Positions 50,501 through 64,000 of a stretch of DNA of 64,000 bases are shown here, one piece after another; position 1 is the stretch's first letter; every line of letters starts with the position of its first letter. A model generated the notes under the pieces. The model did not search any database. It saw nothing but the letters and a program-made list of their open reading frames with translations, and was not told where the DNA came from. The translations under genes were made by a program, and so were the position numbers. Source of the DNA: Sphyrna mokarran (taxonomy: Eukaryota); contig JAGIQG010000007.1 of assembly GCA_024679065.1 (NCBI GenBank), positions 76,632,001-76,696,000 of the forward strand. The letters are read 5' to 3'.

Positions 50501-53500
50501 GCCCTCTGGGGTTCTTCCCTAGGCAGTTTAGGGAAGGCAAGAGGTTATTTTTCTGAAGAGGGAGTAGGAGGTCATCTTACCTTCAGAAAGAGGACACCTT
50601 ATCTTCCCACATAACTATGCTGGCCAGGTAGGTCAGTAACCATGGCATCCTGCAGTGCAGGGAATGAATGAATGATCTGTAAGTGAAAATTCTACTCACT
50701 CAAACTCTCACACTCATAACGGCATCAGTAGCCTAATGTTTAGAGTCAACAGGGGGTCAACAGCACTGAACATCTGCCAGCAACTTTAAGGTCACCATCT
50801 GATGTTGAATCCTGCACAAACAACTCCTTAATCCTTTGCTGGGGAGGGGTCAGGAGACACAACATGCACACAAGTTTCAGAACTGCTTTTTCACAGTGAT
50901 GTTCACAAGCAATCCAGTTGTCTCTATGCAGAGCAAGACTGCCGACAATGGATGGGAGAGATCCAAGACTGGGGTGACTCAGACTTCCCAGAGCTCAGGA
51001 CATTCTCCTCATATGAGGAGCAAGCAGCAGAGCTTGCTGGAAAGAATGGTGAATCAATTCTGCATGAAGGTGAGATCAGCCACCCCGACTAAGCTAGTGA
51101 GGGTCTAACCAACGTACATCAGACAAATGTGGACGATAACTTTGAGTGACGTACAGAGTAGAATCCTGTGGAGTAAACCACTAACTATATGTTCTCTCTA
51201 TTCCAGCCACTGCAAAACAAGGCAAGCACCTCAGCCCCAGATCCCAGAGCACAATGAGGAGACAGAGTAAGCATCTGAAGAAGATCCGTCACTGCGTTCA
51301 CCTGTACTTTGAACCAGCACCTCAGTGTCCTGGTTCTAGAGTAGGTCACAATCAGGTGATCACCTCACTGAGACAGATCCACAGCTGGTGAAGGCAATGA
51401 AAGTCCAGTTCTCTGATAGTCGGAAGACTACTGAAGAGTCCAACAAACTTTGGAGTTTTTTCGCCCAATTTCACTTTGCAATTCCTATAATTATGTGATA
51501 TAAATTTTTGATTAAAGTTGTATTCATTGCTGGGAGTTATAACCTTTCATGCCTCCACGCATATGATTACATCTTCAGATTAAAGACTGAACCTTATTCC
51601 TTTATTAGTCACCACTATCCCCATGCATGACATTGAGATCTGACAGTTGGTTCCACTCAGTGACATTTGAAATGTTTGTTCGAGGGGAATAAGTGTGTGC
51701 TGTCAGAGGTGTGTGCTCATCCTGATGAACCCGTCCACCTCGCTGTGAAGTTCATAGCTTGCTTCTTTGCGACTGCTTAATGGTGCTTCATGGGATATCT
51801 TTGAGGTCACAGACTGCAAAGCGTCACGTAAATCATGGCATGACCATGGACTTATGGACTTAGGATTCCAAGAAATTATTGGCCTTTATGAGATGGACAG
51901 TGTGTTGGACTGTAATGGGATGGAAGTGATGCTCTAGTGCACCTTCTGAATGCTCAGCAGTATTTATGAATTGAATAAGTTATCACTGACTGCTGTGTCC
52001 AAACTGACTGGGCCATGTTTCGCCAAAATGCCGAAGAAATGCAGGGCGCAAAGTAGGTTTATGAGTGTTTGTCAACAATCATACAATGGTCCTGTTGATC
52101 TACCCTCTATGTGGACACTGCTAATTGAGCTCGCAGCTTTGGCTGTATGATGTTGTGTTATAGATCAATGAACCCTGATGTCCAATGGCATCATGGGGCT
52201 CGATTTCAAGATGCAGCCTCTGCAATAATCATATTTGAGAGTCTGCGTTTGGAGAGATGGTGCTGTCCAGATGTAACTCCTTTTGGTGATGGCCCAATGC
52301 TAATCACTGATAGATGTTTTTCCTCTTCAAGTCACCTTGTTAAGCTGCTGTCATGCAGACATGAATGCTCCCATGTGTTTCAGCCTTTTGAAGGATGCCA
52401 TAGTCATTGATTTGTTGGCACCGCAGTTGCAAGTTGTTTGAAGATGTATGCTTGTGGGATATTAAACACATCCCAATATGGCCACATGGTTCCTTCGCTA
52501 TTGTGTCTTATAAGGATGACCCCCGTGCTAGGGTTGAAGGTGATTGATGCTTCCTCAGTTAACATGGTGAGATTGTTGACATATTTGTGGCATATTAAAG
52601 ATGAAAGTGAAGATGTTGTAGTATCCCCCTCATGAAAGTGAAAACAACTGCACTTATAACCATTTACTTTCACTTTATTCTTTCTGGAATCTTGTAGCTT
52701 TGAGTTGTCACGGACATGTCTGCCACATTGTGCAATGCAATGTCATTTTCCCAAGGGATGTCTAGCTCCTCCGTGTCTCCCTTAATGCACACCATTAGTA
52801 AAGGAGCCACGTTCATTCGTTATGCAATACACCCTCAAGTTCAGCACTCAGTTGAGCTGTGCTCTCCATGGTTTGAACAGGATAATTATAGGGCACCCCT
52901 TCAATCAGCCAAGATTAGCTATGTTCAACACCTCGAGATTGTTCTCTGGCCATCATTTTTTTCCAGCTTGTTTTCCGAGTGGTATTTTTGTAAAGTCAGC
53001 TCAAAAATAGTGCTTCTGATCTTCATTCAGAAGACCAGCTTCCACCTTTCCCTTATCACCCAACAAGTCTCTCCTACACTCCTCCATCTTCACCAGTTTC
53101 TAATTCCACTTTGTCCCATCACTGTCCAGCTTCCTTCATTATGCTTGAAACCATCACCATCCACATGGATATTTCTGGTCTTCCGCCTGAACCCTTTAAT
53201 GTTGTTGTTCCCCCCGTATCCTTAATCAACCCGACCGCTTTCCTTTTCAAAGCTTTATATCTCTTGGCATTCTGGAACCCCTCCAAAATGAGACCACTAC
53301 TCCCTCAAGACTTTTCAGCTATTAGAAGGTCCCCTGACAGTGCCTCTACCATCTGCCTCTAATGCCCAAGACCAAATTCCTTAGGTGACTGACCATGCCC
53401 TGCATGTCATACTGTGCTTGGCCATCATCACACAAGGTTGTGCCACGCCAAGCCTTCTTACATGGCCTGCACAGCTTCAGGACAGCATCTTCAAAAGAGT

Positions 53501-54104
53501 AGCCTCAGCCCCCTTTCCCATAATCTCCCAAAAACCTCCCTCCTCACCTCAGCCTTCTTCCCTATTCTCCCACGCCTGATCCACACCCCATCCCGTAAAT
53601 CCTGCCTATGCCTTCCCCCTTCCAGCTGGTATTGTCTCCCATGCTCAGCCTTGGCACAGTTTGCAATATAGACACCTGAAATCTTGCCTCAATGTTCTTA
53701 AAGCAGGTGAAAGTAAAGTCTACATGCCTAAAAGTTGTTGGTGAACTAAAGCTCACCATGTGCACATACAATTGGGAAACAGATCATTCCCATTATCCAT
53801 TGGTGGATTACATAATTTGGAGGGGTAATTCCAGCATGTTGGCCTTTACATGAACATTCATCAGATGCAAATGAATGCAACTGTGGTTCCTGATATAGAT
53901 CAGCGGGAAACTCAAACTTTATTCCACCTTCTTTAATCCACCTTCAAAGTCAGAAGATAAAAATTCCAAACTAATTTCTTGTTGGAGTGATACTGATCAC
54001 ACCAGAATTTGTGCCCCTATTCCACCATCCCCCAATCCCCCACCATGATTTCCAATGCTGATAAGAGTGGAAAATTCCTCCCACCAATCCTGGATACTTC
54101 TTGA

Positions 54105-55435
54105 ACTTGAGGAAGATTTGTGGTGGAGTACCCTGGAGTAAATTGTTGGGACTCTTACTTTTCCTAATGTATATTAATGAGACAGAACTTAGTGCACAGA
54201 GCATAATTTCAAAGTTGCAAAACTTAAAAGCAGAGTGAACTGTGAGGAAGACAGTGTAAAACTTCAAAAGAACATAGACATATTGATGGGATGGGGGGGA
54301 CAGTTGGCAAATGGAATTCAATGCAGAGAAATGTGAAGTGATTTGTTTTGATAAGAAAAACATAGAAAGACAATGCAAAATAAAGAGTACAACTCTAAAG
54401 GGGGCGCAGGAGCAGAGGGACCTGGATGTATGTATGCATAAGTTATTGAAGATGTTAGGATCGGTTGAGAGAGTGGTTAAAAAACTGTCTGTACTTTTTA
54501 TTATTAATTCGTGGAACATGGGCGTCGCTGGCTGGCCAGCATTTATTTTCCATCCCGAGTTATCCTTGGAGAGCAATTGAGAGTCAATAACATTGCTGTG
54601 TCTCTCGAGTTACATGTAAGCCTGACCAGAGAAGGATGGCAGAATTCTTTCCCTAAAAGACATTAGTGAACACCCCATGTTCAATCAGCAATGGTTTCCT
54701 CGACATTAGTAGATTCTTAATTCCAGTTTTTTTTAAGTTGAATTTAGATTCCACCATCTGCCTTAGTGGGATTCGAACACAGGCCTCCAGAACATTAGCT
54801 GAGTTTTTGGATTAATAGTCCAGCGAAAACGCCACTAGGCCAACATCTCTGCATTCCAGCCTTTAGTAATGTTGAACTTTTACAAGACACTAGTTCGGCC
54901 TCAGTTAGAGTATTGCATCCAATACTGGGATTCAGATTTTAAGAAGGATATGAACACGTTGGAGAGAATGCAGAAAAGATTAATGTGAGCGAGTGCTGGG
55001 ATGAGGATCATCGGTTATGAAGATAGTTAGAGAAGTTGGGACTGTTTTCCTTGAAGAAAAATGTCTGAGAAGAAATTTGATGGAGGTATTCAAAATCATG
55101 AGGGCACTTGGACAGAGTACATGGGAAGAAACTGTATCCACTCACGAAAGAATCAAGAATAAAAAGCACAGATTTAAAATAATCAGCAAAAGTGAAAGAG
55201 ATTTTATTTCGTGAAGTGAGTAGTTAAGGTCTGGAATGTACTGCCTGAGAGTGTGTCGAAAGCAGGTTTTTTTCAAGGCTTTCCAAAGGGAATTAGACTT
55301 ATTCGGAAAGAAACAATTTTCAGGGTTTTGAGGAGAAGACAAGGGAATGGCACTAAGTAAATTGCTCATTTGGACAGCCAGTCCAAACAAAATGAGCTAA
55401 ATGGCCTTTGCACTGTATAATTTCTGTAATTCTAT
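54105..55435 (+). mobile_element. Decayed CR1 ORF2 3' part, split by a SINE
   Basis: GVP..LLGLLLFLMYIN, WQMEFNAEKCEV, LYKTLVRPQLEYCIQYW and LRRNLMEVFKIM; tail ctgtaattctatga. Confidence 0.85.
54495..54850 (-). mobile_element. Second SINE family copy
   Basis: Minus B-box gttcgaatccc and A-box ggcctagtgg; body matches 19880-20276. Confidence 0.8.
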
Positions 55436-56433
55436 GAGGTAAGTATTCTGTCAAAATTCCGTTAAAGGGTTCACCAAACGTCAATATGGGTTGAGTGGGG
55501 CAGGCTTAATTTTGAATTTTGGATAGCGTGCAACCTGACAGGTGTGACTGGTCTTGCAGAATTCGGCCACGTTGGACTGCAGGTGAGACTAGAAAAAAAA
55601 AGCCTACTTATTTGGGTGAGGGTCTTGTGGACATCCACATATGCAGCTTTTGGAATGGCATAGGCAATTTGTAAGAACCTTATAGTACTCTGGGGCGATA
55701 CCAGGAGTGGAGAACTGCTCACTCCTCTTCTGCAGGTCTCCCAGTCTCCATCTCTGCATTACTACCTAGTCTCTCAGGTAATAGCACTCTGGAATCTGGC
55801 CAACTTTTGCCTCAGAGCAGTAAGTCTGTATTTTAGGTCAGAATCTGTCTGCTGCACTCTAATTAAGGAAGCTCAACTGAACACATTTTCCAATTTCTTT
55901 CAAGTTCTCAAAAAAGGATTCATCTAGCAAGATTTCTGGTTTGATTAACTCTGACTTTCTAATATTGAAACATATCTGTCCAGTTTCTGATTGGATCACT
56001 ACAAAGTTTGGGAAGATCCTCAGGACTTCCTCCTATTATTGTTTTGCTTCTCCTTTCTCACACGGTTGGTCCAGGATTATGGTGGGTACTACCACTTTAC
56101 AGTCAGCCAAATCATTACGCAGCAAGGAATCTATCCTGGCTATCAGTAACTCAGGGACAAATCCTAAAGGGCTGTCCCAGAAACTAGATAACAAGAAGAT
56201 GGAAACTGACATGTACCCTGCTCTAGATCTGATTAGCACCTTGATATTCCTGGAGCTTTCTTGGAGAAGTATCAGGTACTTCTAATCCCATCCCCAACCC
56301 TTCCCCCATCTCCCCAGTCCCACCCCATAGTTATTTAATAAAGAATTTTCCAGAGGCTCAAGGCAGGAATTGCAAAGGTTGCCTGGTTTTTGGCAGCCAT
56401 AATAGCAGTCTGGTTGGAATCCATTCTAAAATA

Positions 56434-56878
56434 AGGGTAAACGTTCTCCAAGGAGGCCTTCAAGACACATGATGACACAGAATCGCCAAGCAGAAACTGA
56501 TAACCAACCTCCGCATTCATGAGGACGACCTCAATAGGGATCTCAGATTCATGTCACACTACAGGTAAACCCCACCATTTGTCCCAGGCTTGCAAAATCC
56601 TAATAACTGTCCTGGATTGAGACAATTCACGCCTCTTTACCCTGAGATTATCCTTCTTTCCACTCATACTATCTGTACTTGAAAAGACCTGACTCACATT
56701 CCAATCATTATCTTGCAATTGTGTCTCTGTTTATATATCGTGAACCCACTTCTCCACCCACCTGATGAAGGACCCGTGCTCTGAAAGCTCGTGATTTCAA
56801 ATAAACTTGTTGGACTTTAACCTGGTGTGAGACTTCTTACTGTGACCACTTCAGTCCAACGCAGGCTTCTCCACTTCA
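56434..56878 (+). mobile_element. Penelope-like element 3' end: GIY-YIG endonuclease C-terminus plus pLTR with hammerhead
   Basis: 56443-56568 reads VLQGGLQDT**HRIAKQKLITNLRIHEDDLNRDLRFMSHYR* (cf. E..LI..F...GLN of PLE GIY-YIG). The pLTR follows, with an aataaa signal. Confidence 0.8.
56759..56793 (+). ncRNA. Minimal type-I hammerhead ribozyme motif (intact core)
   Basis: CAC-CUGAUGA-A-GGA-cccgugc-UCU-GAAA-GC-UC-GUG. Confidence 0.7.
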
Positions 56879-58509
56879 TCTAAAATAAAAGACAGTTATA
56901 GAAAATTGAAAACTAAATGCAGTCCATGTTTAAGTTTATGATTAGGAAATCATTATTTCCATGTCAGGAAATGCTTTCAATGTGCCTAACATCGAGGCCC
57001 CCTTCAAGTGTACTTCCCCACTGTGATGCATTTAGTTTTGCAGAAAGACTCCTATCACATAACTGTGATCCTAGACCACATCCCCAGGTTTTTGGTGAGA
57101 CTTGATTAGGAGCCAGACGTGTTTTGTTTAAAGTGAGCAAAGTTTGAGGTTGATAAGAGAATCAAGCCACAAGGTTCCACATGCTTTGAGCGTAAAAAAG
57201 ACTTTACTATGGCCTGAACTATTAGCACCCGCCAATTTTACACTCCCCCACTACCTCAGAACTGCCAGGAGTGAAATGAGGTAGCATAAAATGCTGACCG
57301 ATATGTCAGAAAGATAAAATAATTCACAATATCTATCTTATAATCTGACATTCAGTGTTAATATGAGAATTAAAAGGTAAACTGTGGCCAAACGCATAAC
57401 ATTGTACGAGTGACCCCCCAAGATAGATTCTACAGATTTTTCAAAAACCCTCCCAGACATCAGTAACCAATGAGAGTAAACCCACCTCAATTGGTCTGTC
57501 TTCCTCATGGTTGGTGTCAAACTTTTCACTTGTGATTAGCACCTACCCACCATCCTGCAAGTCAGTGGCTAATGAATCCCTGCCAGCTCTGACAGACCCA
57601 CTGCCATTTTGCACTCAATTGCCATTAACTGGCAACAGGCAGTGTCTATCCTTGGACAGAATTTCTGCCTTGGAGAGCTGGCAGCCAATCAGATGGACAG
57701 GCAATCTCCAACCCCTTCAGTGGCCAGAAGATGCATTGCAGCACAGGACCTGAGCCTATGTCCCAGGACCACACTTCAGATAAGTATCAGAGCTCCTGCG
57801 GATGGGAAGGTGGGGAATTCCCTGGAGGATATGGAAGGGGAAGCAATCTCAGTGTCAGGTAATAGCTCCCAGGCCCCTGAGAGAAGGATAACCTAAATCT
57901 GAGAGACCTTCAGATTGAAGCACCCGCACACCCCCTCTCTGAGGGTGAAATTTTCTTTTATGTGGCACTCTGATCTAACTATGCCTGTCAGCCTGAAGAT
58001 TGAAGCTGGATGGAAAAAGGTCCTCAAACGGCCATTTAAGGATGTTAATAGGGCATGAACAAGATTCCCATCGTAGGCCACACCTACCCTACCAGTAAAT
58101 CGAACCTGAGTTGGGTTGGGATTATAGAATGAATCTCTTCCATGCAAATTCACCACCTCTTGGCACAATGAAGCCACACTGGTGATAGGTGGAGAGAGGA
58201 ACACTGTAGAGTTGCAGGGGGTGAAAATGAATTTAACTGAACCAGATATAACCCAACAAGTGTCCCCTTTTGCAAAAGACTTCGGTGGATCCCCGGTTAT
58301 TATCTACATAATCCTCAAGGGAAACCATGCCTCATGTGTGAATAAAATGTTCTGTATCAAATGCCTTGCTCATCTTATTCCACAGAGACTGAATGCATCT
58401 ATTCGCTAATCTGCTCACATATAAATAATGTTTTCATCAGGAACATTTCAGCAAATATTCAGTAAAGGCTGCATGTGAAAGTTTTTGTGAATCTGACATT
58501 GTCTTTTTT

Positions 58510-58625
58510 TTTTCATTTGTAAGTATCACTGGCTGACCAGCATTTATTGCCCATCCCTAGGTCCCCTTAAGAAGGTAGTGGTGAGCTATCTTCTTGAAAT
58601 ACTGCAGTCCAGTGTTGACCTACAA
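58510..58625 (-). mobile_element. Short SINE/LINE tail fragment
   Basis: ccagcatttattgcccatccct matches the tail of the second SINE family. Confidence 0.5.
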
Positions 58626-58639
58626 TGCCAGGAAATTGT

Positions 58640-61460
58640 GCTTGGCAGAGTCTATTGTTTGAATGCTACACGTTTTGTTCGGGAGCCAAAATGGTGACTC
58701 ATGTACATGTATGTGCACATCATCTGAGAAATGCACTGGCTAACAGTTTGGTGAGGGCATGAGTTGTCTGCAGCTAACATCACTGAAAATATGCAGAGCA
58801 GACAGAATGATTTCAATCACTGTGTAATCAATGCTATTTAAATGAATCACAGATTAATTACTGGATGAGTTCTGTTGCCAGGATTCGACATGTGTTTGGT
58901 GCTTTCCACGGCTCTTTCATGTCACAAAGATCTACAGGAAGTGGTATGACAGGTGCAAGGGGACATTTTGCTGGTTCAAGATTGCTATATAAGCAAATTG
59001 CTCACAGACATGGTTGCATGAGTTGGCATTCACCTTGGAATACAGAATGAATGGGAGACTAAACAGAGGCCAAGAGGGCAGGATAATCTGCTAGAAGGTC
59101 AAGATCAGGGGTGGTGTGGATGAGAAGGGAGATGTGTTCTCAGCTGGAGACCATGTCCACAATGATTGCTCAGGAAGTAATTTTCTTAATAATACTTCAG
59201 CACTGATCAATTCTTGAGACAGCGGTGCTTCTCTGACCCGAAACTCAGTGATGGACAATGTGCGAGACATCTGTGCTCAGTAAGGACATTTAGCTGAAAT
59301 CTAACTGTTATAACTGTTATCTTGCAGTGGCTATGAAGGTGACTATGGCTATGAACTTTTATGTGCCTGAATCCTTCGAGGCTAGTGCTGGAGATATTTA
59401 CAACATCTGACTGGCTGACAGGCGACAGCAAAAGCATTGGCACTGTAGCTGTCGCAGGGATTTGAACATTGTAATCTGACAGACAACAGGTCCATGCTCC
59501 AGTAAACCACTGTCATTGGCCTGTCATGATGCCTCAGAAATCCTCGTAATCTGTGTAAGGCATGCAGACGTTACTGGACTCACTGAGAACCTCTAAATCC
59601 TTTTGAGAATTGGCATCTGCAGACCTGGCGGCAGCAGTTCAAGTTTTCATGGAAGCAAGTTGATCTTGTACAACCTCAATTTTACCTTCTACTGCGTGAC
59701 TCAGATATTGGGTGCTGCAGTGGAAGCTGTAACATTGGCCATAAGACGTTGCATTGTGGCGGCATTCACAATGCTGCTCATAAAGTTGGTCACAACTTCC
59801 AAAGTGGAAAGGTTGGGCTCCAAGCTCTCCACAGAAATCTGTGTCATATTGGTGCCAACTCTTTATGCACTTTAAACATGACAACGGGCCTTCTGATGGA
59901 CCTAAAAATGCACCAAATTGTCCACGTCCATCAGCTTTCTTCAATACCTTGTCTCTTTGAAGCTCTCATCTAAGTTCTCTACAGCAGCAATGTTGTGAAA
60001 CCTCATCTTCTGGGAGGCAGATATCTGCATGATTCTTTCTTCTTTGGCTGTAAGCTACTTGCACCCAGTGATCAGTGACTTACTAGGTCCAATCTCTACG
60101 CTACATTCTAAAAAATACTGTGTCAGGAGCTGAGCAATTTAATTCAGATCGAGTAAGTGATCTTCATCATTTACTCTTGTCTGAAACAAGCTGTCAGATG
60201 TAGTAGTACATCTGGTGGGTACAATTTTTCTTTTAAAAAACATTTAGGCAGTTACATGGATAAGATGGGTATAGAGGGATATGGGCCAAATGTGGGCAGT
60301 TGGGACCACATTAATGGTTAAAAAGAAAAAGGTGCCATGGACAAGTTGGGCCAAAGGACCTGTTTCCATGCTGTAAATCTCTATGACTCTGTGATTCTAC
60401 TCTACTTGGACTTCATACCCCCAGTCCATTGCCTGGCCTAGTGGCAGCTCTTGAGTATCTGAAAAGAGAAATGCACTGGAGTGGATCTGTGGTGAAGGGA
60501 TCAGGGTAAGGACCAGGACTGGGTGGAAAAGGGATATAAGAGATGGATGCTTCCGTCATCTGCAGCGTGTAGATTAGAAGGGAGTGTAGGATGAGGCACA
60601 CTGATGTCAATAGCATCATCTCTTCCCTTGGAGGTAATGATATGTGGCTGTGCCTATCTCCCATCCACTGGGTGTTGCAGTCTGTGGTTATGTCCTGCAG
60701 AGGAGGGAAGGGTGCAGTGAGTCTGGTGCAATGCTCTTGGTTGCTCTAGTTGAATAGCTGGCAGTATGTGCAAACTTTGAGTTGCAGATGTGAATCACCC
60801 AGCTGCATGAAGTGTGTAAGGATGAGATAAGACAAGGAACATTGGGAATGAGTTGTAACTGATAGAGAATGTTAGTAAGTGAGTTTGGAAATAGTGAATG
60901 GAGTTGTGTATGAGGCTAGTAGTTTGTTTGTAAAGATTTGACATTTGAAGATGCATGCTCTTGCCCTGACCACTCATGTGAGGTCATTGAATTTCTTCTT
61001 GAATTTCTTACATCAAGGTCCTTGGGACTTGATTCCTTGCATTGACACAGATGGCTATCAGCTCCCATCTCCTTCCCAGCATGTGTTTGTGGAGCCCCTT
61101 AGCTCTCTTTGTCCAGACAACCTCTATCCTTCTCTTCACACCAAGGTCTCCAGCATTGCATTGGAGAATGTTGGAGTGTATCCTCTTCCCTGTGGAGCCA
61201 TTCTCACATTTCTTCCTGCTCAGAATGTCTTCCAAAGCCAGTGGCAGTCAAAATGCAGTGTCCCTTTAAGAGGTACAGGCAACTTTTAAGTAGTGAAGGT
61301 CTTTCACGTAAACAGGGGCTCCTGCTGAGGTGTGCAGCCATTCAGCAGAATGTTTAGCACAAGGTTGCATGCTGCTGCCACTTAAATTAACAGTAAGCAT
61401 GAAGTTTGTGAGCAGACACACATCACAATCCACGTGCCCGTATTCAGGCCTTGTCCAATT
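58640..61460. mobile_element. Decayed Harbinger transposon with Myb/SANT-like ORF (-, ~60965-61240)
   Basis: Minus strand ..RRWELIAICVNARNQVPRTL..KKFNDLT*VV is the trihelix Myb/SANT signature. Possible transposase residue lies on + near 59100-59450; outer limits are uncertain. Confidence 0.6.
60230..60398 (+). mobile_element. CR1 3' end
   Basis: ttaaaaaacatttaggcagttacatgg..gggatatgggccaaatg..ctgtaaatctctatgactct. Confidence 0.75.
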
Positions 61461-62231
61461 TTTTTTTGTTCCATGGATTTTTCAGCACTCAATGAATTAA
61501 ACAAGCTTACTGCAATCCAACTATTTATCGATACTGCTTGCATGTCTACATGTTAGTGAATAGAGGACAAGTCCGTTAATCATACATTAGCAAATATAAT
61601 ACTAACTTCTTTACAAAGCCCATGCCAAATTTATCATATGCTGCGCATAATATGAAACCAGAATTAATTTCCTTCCCTTTCATCATTTGAATGATAGTCA
61701 AATCAACTCTATTTATAATGATTTTAACCAACTAACATAAATGTCTAGCTAACATGTTGTAATTTTGTTTTGGACAGTCCTATAAATTTCTGCTGCCAAA
61801 CTATATTCAGATTATCTGCAATGATTTTTGAAATGTATTACATAATAATTTAAAACAAGTCGCTGAAGTGAACATTCCCATCCTGGCTGAAGGTTTAGTT
61901 TTGTTAGAATTAACCCCAAAATGCAAGATGAAACTTTTGAACTCCACTGACTGATAGCATAACTGACTAAAAATGGAGAGAATCCTTTTGGAATTTCCAA
62001 ACCTTAATAGGTATTATTTTTGATCTTCAAATGATAGAACTATAGGTATGAACAGAATAGAAGTGAGATCTGCAGGGGTTCTTCCATTAACCTGCTATAA
62101 TATCCAAAATATTAATCTTAAAATATTATATTTAACCTTACACTTTAAACCCTGAAACATAATTGTCCCCTTTCCTGCTTAATACTATTATCCTAGTTTC
62201 TTGCATTGGATGCATTTCCAACATGTTAAAA

Positions 62232-62968
62232 AAACAAAGAACTAAGAACAAAGAAAATTGCAGCATAGGAACAGGCCCTTAGGCCCTCTAAGCCTGCACC
62301 AACCACGCTGCCCATATGAACTAAAGCTCCTATCCTTCCGAGGATCATATTCCTCAATACCCATCCTATTCATGTATTTGTCCGACACTCCTTAAAAATA
62401 ATTGATTCTTCTACTCCAGGAGAAAGCTTCTGACTATCCATTCTGTCCATGCCCCTCATTATCTTGTCTACTTCTATCAGGTCGCCCATCAACCTCCATC
62501 ATTTCAGTGAGAACAAACCACATTTTTCCAACCTCTCCTCGTAGCTAATGCCCTCTATTTCAGGCAACATCCTGGTAAATCTGTTCTGTACCCGCTCCAA
62601 AGCCTCCATATCCTTCTGGTGGTATAGTGACCAGAATTGAACACTACATTCCAAGTGGCGTCTAACCAAGGTTCTATAAAGCTGCAACATGGTTTGTCAA
62701 TTTTTAAACTCAACGCCCCACCCAATGAAGGTAAGCATGCTATATGCCTTCTTGATTACCTTCTGCACCATCGTTGCCACATTCACGACCTCTATATCTA
62801 TACCCCCATATCCCTCTGCCTATTAATGCTGTTAAGGATTCTGCCATTTACTGTATATTTCCCATTAGTATTAGATCTTCCAAAATGCATTATCTCATAT
62901 TTGTCCGGATTAAACTTCATCTGCCATTTGTCTGCCCAAGTCTCCAACAAATCTATATCTTGCTGTAT
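62232..62968 (-). mobile_element. CR1 LINE 3' fragment
   Basis: MLQLYRTLVRRHLECSVQFWSLYHQKDMEALERVQNRFTRMLP; tail (aacaaag/aactaag) repeats at 62232-62255. Confidence 0.9.
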
Positions 62969-63304
62969 AGCATTAAGGACTTTTAACTCATAAACAAATC
63001 AGTGAATTAAAGCTTCGGAACCAGCGACGTAAGTACACTTATCAAAACTTTCGTCATCACATTTTGCTACATAATCAATCCCATTACTTTCAATATTTAT
63101 CCAACAGACATTTAGTTGCTGAAAACGCGCTTAACTGTTCTATATGTATTGAGGTACTTTCTGATTGTAGTTATATATTTTGGCCTTGTATTTGCATAGG
63201 GTTGGGGGAAACTGATGTAGTAATAGGGTCTTTTCTTTGATTAACACATATGCTGATTAAAAAGAAACGTATGTGTATGTGTTTGGCACATGCAGAAAAA
63301 CATG

Positions 63305-64000
63305 CGGGGGAGGGGGAGCAATCTTATTAGCTTGACCCGCTAGTCAATTGGTGTGGCAGGCTGACAAGATCGGGCAAGAGGTGAAAAATCAGGTTCGTGC
63401 CCAGTTTTTCATCTCTTGCAATGTTACCGGCACTGAATGGCTGCCAAAATCAGCTTTTCTCCTTTGATTCTAATATTCATTGCTAATTTAAATATAATTA
63501 GTGCCAAGGCATGGGGCCTGAGAGGTGGGGCCTGAATGTGTGGGGCCTGAAGGAGGCAGGATCTGAAGGGGCAGGGCCATAATGAGGGAGACAATGTGGC
63601 GCTCTGTAGAGGAGTAATCTGCATCAGGGTTGGGGGGGGGGGGGGGGGGTGGGGGGGGGGGGGGGGGGGGGGGAGGCGAGGGAGGATTAGCGATAGCTGG
63701 AGCAGTGATCAGGAGGCAAAGAGGAGGAGATGATGTCCAGGGTGGTGATTGATGGGGAAGGGGCAATGTCTGAGTATAATCAGGGGGCGGGAGGTGATGC
63801 CTAAGGAGGGTAGGGATAGTGACAAATCTCCTAGTGCATTGTATACACTCTATACTTGGAGATTGTGGTTCCTTGCCACTCCTAGAGCTCAGCAGCCGGT
63901 TTCCCTGTGGGAATAAACTCCATCCTTCCCACTACTGGCGAGAATCACATTGTAGCTCTTTTTTCTCGAAGTGCTATATGAGCGACTGGGAGCTCACCCA
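63305..64000. mobile_element. Non-autonomous element with G-rich interior and a poly-G run (~63632-63673)
   Basis: Subterminal similarity to 41530-41610 (gagctcagcagc..ctccatc..ggcgagaat); long G homopolymer. Confidence 0.45.

Noticed and set aside
52716-53671. Several 60-170 aa ORFs
   Set aside because: Low-complexity pyrimidine-rich sequence, probably the antisense of decayed transposon DNA; no protein motifs.
63488-63766. Poly-proline ORF
   Set aside because: It derives from a G homopolymer whose length may also be a sequencing artefact.

Overview
Eukaryotic, AT-rich, CpG-depleted DNA dense in transposable elements, most likely from a shark (cartilaginous fish). The repeat content is typical of elasmobranchs: HE1-type tRNA SINEs, Deu-domain SINEs, CR1/HER1-like, L2, RTE, Rex1 and Tx1 LINE remnants, Penelope-like elements and many decayed PIF/Harbinger transposons and MITEs. 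I recognise no intact host protein-coding gene, so the window looks intronic or intergenic. The only long clean ORF is the 3' part of ORF2 (reverse transcriptase) of a young 5'-truncated CR1 LINE (15444-16559, -). The most interesting signal is a set of non-coding Penelope-derived elements carrying minimal hammerhead ribozyme motifs: a ~580-bp fold-back insertion with two oppositely oriented hammerheads and a ~15-bp target-site duplication (13339-13918), a ~165-bp mini fold-back (41933-42098), and a copy still attached to a GIY-YIG C-terminus (56434-56878). Also present are a 1.4-kb G-rich ~36-bp minisatellite, a templated insertion apparently copied from 1.6 kb away, and several candidate conserved non-coding elements. 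All family assignments come from by-eye motif recognition, not database searches, and boundaries are approximate.
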